Shown here: positions 46,731 through 56,202 of the stretch, one piece after another
Layout of the letters: every line of letters begins with the position of its first letter
Position numbering within the stretch: the stretch's first letter is position 1
Translations under genes and position numbers: made by a program
The notes under the pieces: generated by a model
Databases searched by the model: none
What the model was told of the DNA's origin: nothing
Seen by the model: only the letters and a program-made list of their open reading frames with translations
DNA from: Myxococcota bacterium
GTDB taxonomy: Bacteria > Myxococcota_A > UBA9042 > PHBI01 > JACKFB01
Direction: 5' to 3'
Assembly (NCBI GenBank): GCA_051747385.1
Contig: JBNJGB010000033.1
Coordinates: forward strand, 164-64,163
Length of the DNA: 64,000 nucleotides

Positions 46731-47351
46731 ATGGCGAGCGCGAGCACGAGGTGGCTGGGGGGCATCGGAGCGGGGCTGCTGGCCCTTATCCTGACGCTGG
46801 GAGGCTGCGGCGGCGCGGCGAAGTCCACGGAGGAGGCCCGGGGAGGGCCGTCGCCGGAGGCGGAGCAGGAGCCGGTGCCGCTCGAGGAGCGTCTGCCGGG
46901 CGAGACCCTGGAGTTCACCGCCCTGAAGTTCTGGCGCGGCTGGGAGGAGGCTCCCGAAGACGAGCGCACCTTCTCCATGCAGGAGGTCCGCGGGCAGGTG
47001 GTGATCGTCCACTTCTGGGCGTCGTGGTGCGAGCCCTGCCGGAAGTCGATGCCGTACTACGATCGGCTCCTGAAGAAGTACAACACCGAGCACGGCGCAG
47101 AGGTCCTCGAGGTCGTGGCGGTGAACATCGACGCCGAGCGCGAGGTCGCCGTGATGTTCCTCGAGGAGGTCCCGGTGGACTTCATCACGGTCTGGGACGA
47201 GGGCGCGGAGATCCAGCGCGACCTGGACGTCGACAAGATGCCCGTGACCCTCCTCGTCGATGAGCAGGGAGTCGTCCGCTACGCCCACGTGGGCGAGGAG
47301 GAGTACCAGCAGGTGACGCTCCTCGAGGAGCTCGACACCCTGCTCGATTAG
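46731..47351 (+). CDS. TlpA/ResA-like disulfide reductase lipoprotein
   Basis: Lipobox LGG-C; FWASWCEPC; MPVTLLVD. Confidence 0.9.
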   Translation: MASASTRWLGGIGAGLLALILTLGGCGGAAKSTEEARGGPSPEAEQEPVPLEERLPGETLEFTALKFWRGWEEAPEDERTFSMQEVRGQVVIVHFWASWCEPCRKSMPYYDRLLKKYNTEHGAEVLEVVAVNIDAEREVAVMFLEEVPVDFITVWDEGAEIQRDLDVDKMPVTLLVDEQGVVRYAHVGEEEYQQVTLLEELDTLLD

Positions 47352-48287
47352 TCCTGAGGGAGGCCGGGGCGAGGGCCGACAGCAGCCATGATGCGGGGCC
47401 GCCGGAGGCGCACGGCGAGCAGGGCCAGCAGGACCCCGGCCGGGGACCCCGCCGGAGCGCCGCTGCAGCCTCCGCCGGACCCCTCGGAGCCGACGTCGGC
47501 CACGCCCGGGCCGGCGTCCACGGCGCCGGCGTCCGGGTCAGCGCCAACGTCCGGGTCGGGTTCGGGGCCCGCGTCCGGGATCTCCGCCCCCTCGGGCGGC
47601 GGCTCCGCGACCGGCCCGCCGACCGGCATGTGCCCCCCGGGCGAACGGGGACACATTGGTCTCCCCCGGCGCGTTCACCTGCATGTAGCGTGCGATCCAG
47701 TAGCTCGCGAGCAGGTCCCCTCCGGGGTTCAGGCGATCGCCGCCGCCTCCGTTGACCTTGAACGGCGCCGAGCGCGCGTCGAAGTTGGACGGCGGGCGGA
47801 TGCCGCGCGCCACGATGCCCTCTCCACCCGTCGCCACGTAGAAGACGTGCCACGACTCCGCCGCCCGGACGACCCGCGCCCGCGCCCGGGCCAGGCGCTC
47901 CGGGTCCGCCCCGTCCCGCCTCAGGGTCATGTACTCGTACGCCGTGGCGGCCAGGGCGACGCCGCCGAAGAAGCCCAGGTCGCCGTACTCGTCGTAGCGC
48001 TGGATGAGCTCGTACGGGTGGTTCCCGGTGGCCTCCTCGAAGGTCGTACCGGGCTCCGAGGCGAGGAAGGCGTCCACGGCGGCCCGCGCGTCCGGGTCGG
48101 AGATGTCCGCGTCCAGGGACAAGCCGAACGGGCGCGCGTTGATCCCGTAGAACTGGCGCGCGTGGCGTGCCATCGTGGCCTCCAGCGCCGGGTGTGCCCC
48201 GGCGGGGAATATGGGCTCCGCCCTCGCGGTTGGCGCGAGGAGTACAGCGATGGCGATCGCGGCGGGGAAGATCGCAGGGGCGCGCAT
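47348..48287 (-). pseudogene. Frameshifted secreted protein with MYXO-CTERM tail
   Basis: The signal-peptide ORF (from 48287) and the GGGCSGAP...VLLALLAVRLRR tail are in different frames. Removing one G from the G6 run at 47633-47638 joins them (SPFARG-HMPVGG). Confidence 0.7.
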
Positions 48288-48385
48288 GGGTCCTCCGTGA
48301 AGATACGCACTGGGCGCGTCTCGTGAGCGCCACAGGCTAGCACTCGGCCGCCGGCACGCCCACCGGACGGTTTCGCGGAGGATCG

Positions 48386-49090
48386 ATGGAGCGCAGCTTC
48401 TGGGAGGAGATGTGGGCCGAGCGGGACCAGCCCGGCTTCCACCAGTCGGAGATCAACCGCCACCTGCGGGCGCACCACGAGCGGGTCCGGTGCGGTCGGC
48501 GCGGGGGGCGCGTCCTGGTGCCCCTGTGCGGAAAGAGCCGCGACATGACGTGGCTCATGGAGCGCTTCGAGCACGTGGTCGGCGTCGAGCTGGTGGACAA
48601 GCCCGTGCGCGCCTGGTTCGAGGAGCACGGCGTCCCGTTCGAGCGCCGCGAGGAGGATCACCTCGTCCGCTACGAGGGAGAGGGCATCACGCTCCTGTGC
48701 GGCGACTTCCTGGAGGTCCGTCGCGAGGACGTGGGCCCGGTGGACTGCGTGTACGACCGGGCCGCGCTCATCGCCCTCCCGCCCGAGCAGCGCCGGGCCT
48801 ACGCCGCCCACGTCGCCGACCTGCTCGAGCCCGGCGCCCGATCGCTGCTCCTGACCATGGCCTACGACCAGGAGCGGGTGGACGGCCCGCCCTTCAGCGT
48901 CCAGGACGACGAGGTGTGGGCGCTGTACGGCGAGGGCTTCGACGTGGAGTGCCTGGAGCGGGACCGGGCGCAGCACATGCCGCCGCGCTTCGAGGACATG
49001 GAGGTGACCCTGTCCGTCTGGCTCATGATCCGCCGTGAGGCGACGGCTCGTCGTCGAACCGAAGCGGAGCGTGACCCCCGCGCCGCCTGA
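48386..49090 (+). CDS. Thiopurine S-methyltransferase family protein
   Basis: FWEEMW...PGFHQSEIN, RVLVPLCGKSRDM, YDRAALIALP, GPPFSV. Confidence 0.92.
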   Translation: MERSFWEEMWAERDQPGFHQSEINRHLRAHHERVRCGRRGGRVLVPLCGKSRDMTWLMERFEHVVGVELVDKPVRAWFEEHGVPFERREEDHLVRYEGEGITLLCGDFLEVRREDVGPVDCVYDRAALIALPPEQRRAYAAHVADLLEPGARSLLLTMAYDQERVDGPPFSVQDDEVWALYGEGFDVECLERDRAQHMPPRFEDMEVTLSVWLMIRREATARRRTEAERDPRAA

Positions 49091-49502
49091 GCCGGTCCAC
49101 CATCCGCCGCATCTTGGGGCGCTTCAGCCACCGCCGGAGGAGCTCGCGCTTCTTCGGAAAGCGCATGACGAGCAGCCCCGCGAGCATCGTGGCCACGCCC
49201 TGCCCGGGGATGAAGAGCATGAGGAACCCCGAGAAGACCAGGAGGCCGCCCAGGACGTTCCGGAGCAGGCCGCCCAGGACGTGCCACCAGATGGTCGCCT
49301 CCTCGCGGCGGCGGCGGGCCTCCGCCTCGGGCGTGAAGTAGTCGGCGGGCATGCGCGCCAGGATCCACGGGATCCCGACGGCGCTCAGGATCAGGGTGCC
49401 CACGGAGATGGCCACCATGACGCCGATCACCTCCGGCTGCAGGAGCCAGGCGACGAAGGCGTCCAGGGGCGGGGGCAGGAACTCGCGGAGGGCTTGCTTC
49501 AT
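49023..49502 (-). CDS. PGPGW-like transmembrane protein
   Basis: RNVLGGLLVFSGFLMLFIPGQGVATMLAG; 3' end overlaps the convergent TPMT gene. Confidence 0.75.
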   Translation of the reverse strand: MKQALREFLPPPLDAFVAWLLQPEVIGVMVAISVGTLILSAVGIPWILARMPADYFTPEAEARRRREEATIWWHVLGGLLRNVLGGLLVFSGFLMLFIPGQGVATMLAGLLVMRFPKKRELLRRWLKRPKMRRMVDRLRRRGGHAPLRFDDEPSPHGGS

Positions 49503-49669
49503 GGGAGGTCTCCGATCCTACACCCTGGCGCCGAGGCCGGCAGGTGACGCGCCCGATCGATCCGCCGGGCCGCCCCGCGATATCATCGGGGCGCCATGAC
49601 GACGCAGCCCGCCCCCGATGTCCCCTCCGCCCCGCTCGCCGACCTGGTCGGGCTCCCGAGGGGCCGCGG

Positions 49670-50968
49670 CTAACCGCGACGCAGGACGCGCCCCACGGCG
49701 GAGGCGCCGCGGCCGGCCACCTCGCCCGCGAAGGAGGCCATGCGCGCCAGGCCCGGCATGGGGTCGTCGGAGCTGAGGGCCGGCGACACGTGGGGTTGGA
49801 GCACCGACATGGCCCACTCGGCGGGGCGCAGCGAGCCCTCCCGCAGGTAGCCCGTGGCCGCCCAGAAGTCCGCGGGGAAGTTCAGCCAGTGGCGGCCCAC
49901 GTCGTAGCCCTCCCGGGGCGCGACGTTCCGGCCGCGCGCGTCGTCGTAGGCGGCGCCGATGAGGTCCAGGCCGCAGTCGGCGGCGAAGCCGTCCCACATG
50001 CCGAAGCGGGCGTTGACCTCGATGATCTTCCAGTCGCCGTCGCGATCGTCCCGCTTGAACTCGACGCCGATGTTGCCGCGGTAGCCGACCCGGTCCACGA
50101 AGTCCCGCGCGAGGGCCATCAGGCCGGGCTCGCGGACGCTCTCCACGTAGCTGCCGCGGCCGAAGTGGGGCGGCGTGGTCCGGAGCTTCCGGCCGACGAA
50201 CCCCCCGGCCCAGATCCCGTTCCGGGTCACGTAGGACACCACGTAATGCAGGTTGGAGTCCGGCCCCGGCACGACCTCCTGGACGAGGACGCGCGGGTCC
50301 AGGTCGGACACCCGCGTGTGCTCCCGGACGAGCTGGTCGGCGTCCCCTGCGAGGATGGCCTTCCGCCAGCCGACGATGGCGCCGGCCTCCGGAGTCTGCC
50401 AGGTGCGCGACTCGACCGGCTTGAGGATGCAGGGATAGCGCACGCGCCGCGCCACGTCGCGGATCTCCTCGGCCGTGGACGGGAAGAAGGTCTTCGGCGC
50501 GGCGACGTCGTGCTCCCGGCACAGCCGGGCGAAGCCGGCCTTGTCCACGATGGCCTCGATGACGTCGCTCGAGGGCATCACGAACCTATAGTGCCGGGAC
50601 AGGTGCTCGCGGCGCCGGGAGACCTGCAGGACGTGATCGTCGTGCAGCGGGAAGAGGACGGGGCGATCGTCCAGGGCCTCGGCGACCTGCTCCAGCACGC
50701 GGACGAGCTGATCCGGGTCGGCCAGGGCCGGGGACGTCAGCACGTGGACGTGGCGGCTCCGGTGGGTCCAGTGGTCGCGCTTCACGTCCAGGCCGATCAC
50801 CGGCACGCCGGACCGACTCAGGCGCCGCGCCAGGGCCAGGCCGGGGACCTCCATGTCGGTGATGACGACGGGCGCGCGGTGGTGCCTCCAGTGGCGGCTC
50901 CGGAGGTCGCGCACGACGGGGGCGGGCAGGATCACCTCGCCGTCGATGTCGGGCAGATCGGTCTTCAT
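49670..50968 (-). CDS. ATP-grasp carboxylate-amine ligase (D-aspartate ligase-like)
   Basis: DKAGF, YPCILKP, LVQEVVPG, VEFKRDDRDGDWKIIEVNAR. Confidence 0.85.
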   Translation of the reverse strand: MKTDLPDIDGEVILPAPVVRDLRSRHWRHHRAPVVITDMEVPGLALARRLSRSGVPVIGLDVKRDHWTHRSRHVHVLTSPALADPDQLVRVLEQVAEALDDRPVLFPLHDDHVLQVSRRREHLSRHYRFVMPSSDVIEAIVDKAGFARLCREHDVAAPKTFFPSTAEEIRDVARRVRYPCILKPVESRTWQTPEAGAIVGWRKAILAGDADQLVREHTRVSDLDPRVLVQEVVPGPDSNLHYVVSYVTRNGIWAGGFVGRKLRTTPPHFGRGSYVESVREPGLMALARDFVDRVGYRGNIGVEFKRDDRDGDWKIIEVNARFGMWDGFAADCGLDLIGAAYDDARGRNVAPREGYDVGRHWLNFPADFWAATGYLREGSLRPAEWAMSVLQPHVSPALSSDDPMPGLARMASFAGEVAGRGASAVGRVLRRG

Positions 50969-50981
50969 GGGGGCCTCCTCC

Positions 50982-51761
50982 CTATCCCAGGATCCAGCGG
51001 ACCTTGTGGGGGAGGAACAGGTGTTTCTTCTTGAAGCGCCGCAGGGAGCGGCTGGCGCCGAACCAGGTGTCGTAGACGTAGTAGCGCACGTGGGGATAGT
51101 GCTCCGGCACGTAGCCGGCGATGCCGATGACCAGCATCGGCACGACGCCGTCCCGCTCGTGATCGCCGTGCCCGTAGATGGTGGTGAGGAGCACGACCTC
51201 CCCGGCGACGAAGCAGCCCGCGTAGGCCACCAGCCGGTCGTCCTTCAGGACGCCGAAGTACGGATAGTCGTGGACGTCCGTGCGGGTCGGCGGGTCGTCG
51301 ATGGGGTGGGCCGTCGCCTGGAGGAACTGCTCCGGCATACGCCCCTGGCGCACCTCCTTGGAGCGCATGACGTCCGTGATGTCCTGCAGGTGGTCGTTGA
51401 ACTGGATGCGCTCGAAGCGATAGCCCCTCTTGACGGCCTTCCGGTAGTTGCGGCGCGCCGAGCCCTCGATGCCCATGAAGTAGGCGTCCCAACTCCCGGG
51501 AAGCTCGCAGAGCGCGACGCCGTACTGCATCCGCCGTACGAGGGGGAAGCGGGGGTGCGGGCGGCGGAACTCCCGGTAGATGCGCTTCAGCTCCCTCCCG
51601 AAGAACGGCGCGTTGTCCGCGGTGGCCCGGTACATCAGGTCGATGCTCACCGCCGGCATGTTCCACGCCGTCCGGAGATCCCGGACCCAGCCGGCCTCGC
51701 TCAACTCCTCGGGAAGCTCGCGCAGGCGGGCGGAGACGCCGCGTGCAAGCCCCTTCACCAT
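50982..51761 (-). CDS. GNAT/FemAB-like fold protein
   Basis: ATG 51761 (MVKGLARG); ARRNYRKAVKRGY, RLVAYA, SLRRFKKK; 13 bp upstream of the ATP-grasp gene. Confidence 0.7.
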   Translation of the reverse strand: MVKGLARGVSARLRELPEELSEAGWVRDLRTAWNMPAVSIDLMYRATADNAPFFGRELKRIYREFRRPHPRFPLVRRMQYGVALCELPGSWDAYFMGIEGSARRNYRKAVKRGYRFERIQFNDHLQDITDVMRSKEVRQGRMPEQFLQATAHPIDDPPTRTDVHDYPYFGVLKDDRLVAYAGCFVAGEVVLLTTIYGHGDHERDGVVPMLVIGIAGYVPEHYPHVRYYVYDTWFGASRSLRRFKKKHLFLPHKVRWILG

Positions 51762-51856
51762 AGGGTCCCCTCCATGTTCGGAATGTCCCCAGTATACGGG
51801 ACACGGGCCCCCCCGACCACCTCGGGCCGGCCTTGCAGGCGATTCACGCAGGCGAT

Positions 51857-53968
51857 TCAGCGCAACGCCCGGAGGCGCCCGACCACGTCCTCGCGCACCC
51901 CGTCTCCGGCGGCGATCACGAACAGGCGGACCGGGACGTCGTTCGACAGGCCCACGTCCGGGAGGACCAGGCGTCGCCCCTCGGCGTCCACCTCGGGCGC
52001 GACGTCGATCGCCCCGCCGTCCAGGGTGACCTCGAAGACCTCGGCCGCGGTGAAGTCCTCGGGCACCTCGACCGTCACGTCGGCGTCCTGCTCGCCGAGG
52101 ACCCAGTGCGGCGGGCCGTCCCCGTAGAGCAGCGAGTCGATGCACACGAGGTCGTCGACGTGCTGCTCCACGGCCAGGTTCACCACGGGCACCACGATCG
52201 CCTCCGGCGCGCGGACGGCCTCCACGAGCACGTCGGGCCCGGCGTCGGCGGCGCCCGTCGGGTCCCCCGCCCGGAGGTGCCGGCGGACCGCCCGGAAGTA
52301 GTGGTTGGCGCGCGAGATGGCCTCCCAGCTCTCGGGGAGGGCGGCCGCCTCCTCCTGGCTGGTCTGGAACCACATGAGGCCCTTGCCGCCCGCCGTCATC
52401 ACCATGAAGGCCTGGACGAGGACCTCCGTGTAGTCGGGCTGGACGTACATCTCCTCGTCGTCCTCCCCGACGTTCCACCCGCCGTGGAGGCCCTGGGCGT
52501 ACAGCCACGTGGGCCACGGCATGTGGTTGTTCCGGGCGTTCCGCAGGTAGTCGTGGGGCGCGTACAGCGGCCGCCCGGCGGCGTACTTCGTGATGTGCGG
52601 AGCGCAGGCCGCGATGTAGACGTCGATGCCCTGGACGTCCGTCATGCCCGCGAAGGTGCCCACGTTCCCGTTCGTCATCGCGCCGTTGTAGACCGTCACC
52701 TCCGGGTACATGCTCCAGAGCCTGCGCGCGTCGGAGGCCTTGTTCTCCGGCTTGGGAGATCCGTCCTCCTCGTAGATCTCGCCGTCGGACTCGTCGCCCG
52801 TCAGGAAGCCCGCCACCGCCGAGGTGTCCCGGATGGCGGCCTCCGGTGTCGGGTGGTGCAGGAAGTCGTCGCCCACCAGGGCGTAGACGTCCCCGATCTC
52901 CGGGAACACGTCGTGCACCAGGTCCGGCGTCCGATAGTCGCACTTCGAGGAGGCGCCCCAGTAGAGGTACATGGTGTCGAAGCCCGCCTCCACGTGGGCC
53001 TGCCAGGCGTCCTCGTCCGCGCCCGGGGCGGCGCAGTCGCCGGAGGACGGCCAGGCCTCGATGGGGAAGTGGGGGCGCAGCACCCGGCCGACGCCGACCG
53101 CGTCCGGGGCGTCCGCGTAGCGCACCACCACCGTCCAGGCGTCGCCGGGGGTGGCCTGCTCGCACAGGGGCACCGTCCAGAGGGCCGCCTCGCCCGGGGC
53201 CAGCACGTCGTCCGGGAGGCAGGCCACGCCGCCCGCCAGCACGTCCCGCCCGTCCACGAGCAGCCCCGTCACGGTCCTCGGCGCGTCGCCCTCGTTCCGC
53301 ACGTGGACCAGCAGGTGCTCTCGTGCGTCGTCCACCGTCACGTACGTGAGCGGCGCGGGGGTCGTCTCGACCGGGAATGCCCCGTCCAGGGCCGTGCCCG
53401 CGTCGGTCTCGACGGTGATTCGCCCCTCCTCGGCCGAGTCCCACGCCGGGTCCCGCGAGTGGAAGGCCACCCAGAGCGGCTCTCCCTCGACGGCCGGGTC
53501 GGGCCAGACGTGATACCACTCGATGCGCGGGTCGGGTGGCGCCAGGAGGTCGTGCACCGACACGTCGTTGATGCGCACGTCCGTCACCGGCCCGGAGGCG
53601 GAGGCGATCCCCGCCACGTGGAAGCGGCCGCCATCCACCGGGTAGTCGGTGTACTCGTCGTAGACCTCGTCCGGGAAGTAGTGGTCCTTCCGGAAGCCGG
53701 CGCGGAGGGTGTCGTCCACGGGCAGGTCGGCACACGCCGCGGCGGTCGGGGTGCAGGTCGCCGTGGCCTCGAGCGGCAGCGTGGCGGGCGGGGGAGCCAC
53801 GTCCGTGTCGTCTGCCGTGTCCGCGACGTCGGGCGCCCCGGCGACGTCCGTCGCGTCCCCCGCGTCCGCCCCGACCTCCGAGGACGTGGAGGCGCCGTCG
53901 TTGCAGGCGACCACGGCGAGCAGGGCGAGCAGGGTGGGGGGCAGAGGGCGAGCGTACCGGGTGTGCAT
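51857..53968 (-). CDS. Hypothetical lipoprotein (possible glycoside-hydrolase-like barrel in the C-half)
   Basis: GGAG RBS, lipobox VVA-C, acidic linker; GFLTGDESD, DVQGIDVY, GGKGLMWF. Confidence 0.75.
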   Translation of the reverse strand: MHTRYARPLPPTLLALLAVVACNDGASTSSEVGADAGDATDVAGAPDVADTADDTDVAPPPATLPLEATATCTPTAAACADLPVDDTLRAGFRKDHYFPDEVYDEYTDYPVDGGRFHVAGIASASGPVTDVRINDVSVHDLLAPPDPRIEWYHVWPDPAVEGEPLWVAFHSRDPAWDSAEEGRITVETDAGTALDGAFPVETTPAPLTYVTVDDAREHLLVHVRNEGDAPRTVTGLLVDGRDVLAGGVACLPDDVLAPGEAALWTVPLCEQATPGDAWTVVVRYADAPDAVGVGRVLRPHFPIEAWPSSGDCAAPGADEDAWQAHVEAGFDTMYLYWGASSKCDYRTPDLVHDVFPEIGDVYALVGDDFLHHPTPEAAIRDTSAVAGFLTGDESDGEIYEEDGSPKPENKASDARRLWSMYPEVTVYNGAMTNGNVGTFAGMTDVQGIDVYIAACAPHITKYAAGRPLYAPHDYLRNARNNHMPWPTWLYAQGLHGGWNVGEDDEEMYVQPDYTEVLVQAFMVMTAGGKGLMWFQTSQEEAAALPESWEAISRANHYFRAVRRHLRAGDPTGAADAGPDVLVEAVRAPEAIVVPVVNLAVEQHVDDLVCIDSLLYGDGPPHWVLGEQDADVTVEVPEDFTAAEVFEVTLDGGAIDVAPEVDAEGRRLVLPDVGLSNDVPVRLFVIAAGDGVREDVVGRLRALR

Positions 53969-54120
53969 GGACTCCTCCGCGGGCGACCGGCCGCAATGTG
54001 GCACGAGGTGACGTGTGACGACAGGCGCGGGGATCGTGCTAGTGTCACCGCGCGAACGCTCCGACCGAGGCCCCCGAACAGGAGCGCGCAGCGCGGAATG
54101 CTTCCCGAAGGGAGGAGCCA

Positions 54121-54522
54121 ATGAACAAGCCGAATACCCACCTCGGGATCCACCGCGGGCTCTGCGGGGAGCCCGTGGACCTGTCCGAGGGCGAGGCGAC
54201 CACACGCTTCGCGGCCACCGAGGACATGGCCGTCGACGACCACGGCCTGGTCCACGGCGGCTTCATCTACGGCCTGGCGGATCACGCGGCGATGCTCGCC
54301 GTGAACGAGCCCCTGGTGGTGCTGGGATCCTCGGAGGTCCGCTTCCTCGCGCCGGTGAAGGTGGGCGACACGGTGACGGCCCACGCGCGGCGCGTGGAGC
54401 AGAAGGGGCGGAAGCACGTCCTCGAGGTCACGGCTCGCGTGCACGACCGGGACGTCCTGCGCGGGCGGATGACCGCCGTGGTGCCGGATCGCCACGTGCT
54501 GGAGCCCGGGGACGCCGGATGA
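54121..54522 (+). CDS. PaaI-family hotdog thioesterase
   Basis: GLVHGGFIYGLADHAAM, VRFLAPVKVGD. Confidence 0.9.
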   Translation: MNKPNTHLGIHRGLCGEPVDLSEGEATTRFAATEDMAVDDHGLVHGGFIYGLADHAAMLAVNEPLVVLGSSEVRFLAPVKVGDTVTAHARRVEQKGRKHVLEVTARVHDRDVLRGRMTAVVPDRHVLEPGDAG

Positions 54523-55562
54523 CGACGCGGGCCGCGGCGTGGACGGTCGCGGCGGTCCTCGTCGTCGTGGCCGCGGCATACGCCGTCCACCGGGCGACGC
54601 ACGAGCCCTCGGGCTTCCTGCAGGAGGGCTTCGAGTCCATGGCCACGCGCATCGACGTCGTCGTGCCCGACTCCGAGCAGGGGCGCGAGGCGGTGTCGGT
54701 GGTCCGCGAGGTGTTCGAGGACGTGGACGCCCGCATGAGCGAGTGGAAGCCCACGTCGCCCCTGTCCGCCGTGAACGACAAGGCCGGGGAAGGGCCCGTG
54801 GAGGTGCCTGCCGACCTGCGCGCCGTCATCCGCCGGGGGATCGAGATCGGCCGTCGCACCGACGGGGCCTTCGACATCACGTGGGCGGCGCTGTGGGGCC
54901 TGTGGGACTTCAAGGCCGCGGAGCCGGAGGTCCCGCCGGACGAGGCCATCGAGGAGCGCGTGGACCGCGTGGACTTCCGGAAGGTGGAGGTGGACGACGA
55001 GGCGGGCACCGTGGCGCTCGCCGAGGCGGGGATGAAGGTCGGCCTGGGCGGCATCGCCAAGGGCCATGCCCTGGACGTGGCGGCGCAGAGGCTCCGGGAG
55101 TTGGGGATCCGGGACTTCCTCATCTCGGGCGGTGGTCAGGTCTACGCCGCCGGCCGCCGGGGGGAGCGGCCCTGGCGCGTGGGGATCCGGGATCCGCGCG
55201 GCGCCCGCGACGACTTCTTCGCCCTCGTGGAGGTGAGCGACACGTCCCTGTCCACCAGCGGCGACTACGAGCGCTACTTCGTGAAGGACGGCGTGCGCTA
55301 CCACCACATCCTGGACCCGAGGACCGGCCGCCCGGCGCGCGGCCTGCGGAGCGTCACGGTCGTCACCCCCGACGCGACCCTGGGCGACGCCCTGTCCACG
55401 GCGCTCCTGGTGCTCGGCCCCGACGAGGCCATGGAGGTCGTCCGGCGCTTCCGGGGCGACGGCGCCGACGTCGAGGCCGTCCTGGTGGACCGCGACGGCG
55501 AGGTCCGCACGACCCCGGGCATGGAGGACCTCCTGGAGATCCGGCACCCGCCTCGGCCGTAA
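54519..55562 (+). CDS. apbE: FAD:protein FMN transferase
   Basis: GAFDIT, LGGIAKG, STSGDYER, YHHILDPRTG, DALSTA. Confidence 0.92.
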   Translation: MTTRAAAWTVAAVLVVVAAAYAVHRATHEPSGFLQEGFESMATRIDVVVPDSEQGREAVSVVREVFEDVDARMSEWKPTSPLSAVNDKAGEGPVEVPADLRAVIRRGIEIGRRTDGAFDITWAALWGLWDFKAAEPEVPPDEAIEERVDRVDFRKVEVDDEAGTVALAEAGMKVGLGGIAKGHALDVAAQRLRELGIRDFLISGGGQVYAAGRRGERPWRVGIRDPRGARDDFFALVEVSDTSLSTSGDYERYFVKDGVRYHHILDPRTGRPARGLRSVTVVTPDATLGDALSTALLVLGPDEAMEVVRRFRGDGADVEAVLVDRDGEVRTTPGMEDLLEIRHPPRP

Positions 55563-55653
55563 CGGGGTCCGGGTGACAACCTCCCCGTCCGCCGGTAGGG
55601 TCCGGGCCGCCGGGGCGACCGCCTCGGACGGACGCGACGGGAGGTGAGCCACG

Positions 55654-56193
55654 ATGCCCTTCATGGGGAAGCTGTTCCGCGGGATCCAGAAGCTGGAGGA
55701 GATCCTGCTGGCCTCGGCGATGATCCTCATCGCCCTGCTGACCATCGTGAACGTGTTCTCGAGGTCCCTGTTCGGGGAGAGCCTCGCCTACGCCCAGGAG
55801 CTGTCGCAGTTCCTGATGGTCTTCGTGACGTTCATCGGGCTGGGCTACGCGGCCGGCAAGGGGCGGCACATCCGGATGACCGCCATCTACGACCAGCTGC
55901 CGCTGCGGGTGCAGCGGATCATGATGATCCTCATCGCGGGGCTGACCGCGACGCTGCTGTTCGTCTTCGCGTACTACTCCGTGACCTACGCCATGACGGC
56001 CAAGGCGCTGGGGACCGTGTCACCGGCGCTCCAGGTGCCCATGTGGATCGTCTACCTGGCGGCCCCGCTGGGGCTCGTGCTGGGGGGCGTGCAGTACGTG
56101 CTCACGGTCGTCCGGAACCTGGGCTCCGACGAGGTCTGGCTCTCGTGGGAGCAGAAGGACGAGTACGAGTCCAGCCAGCCCACCACGGTCTGA
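55654..56193 (+). CDS. TRAP transporter small permease (DctQ; TeaB-like)
   Basis: Four TMs, AQELSQF, GRHIRM. Confidence 0.9.
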   Translation: MPFMGKLFRGIQKLEEILLASAMILIALLTIVNVFSRSLFGESLAYAQELSQFLMVFVTFIGLGYAAGKGRHIRMTAIYDQLPLRVQRIMMILIAGLTATLLFVFAYYSVTYAMTAKALGTVSPALQVPMWIVYLAAPLGLVLGGVQYVLTVVRNLGSDEVWLSWEQKDEYESSQPTTV

Positions 56194-56202
56194 GGGGAAT
56201 CC

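Noticed and set aside
54519-55562. ApbE flavinylation substrate encoded nearby
   Set aside because: No FMN-binding domain or clear (S/T)GA(S/T) flavinylation motif in an appropriate context was seen in neighbouring proteins.
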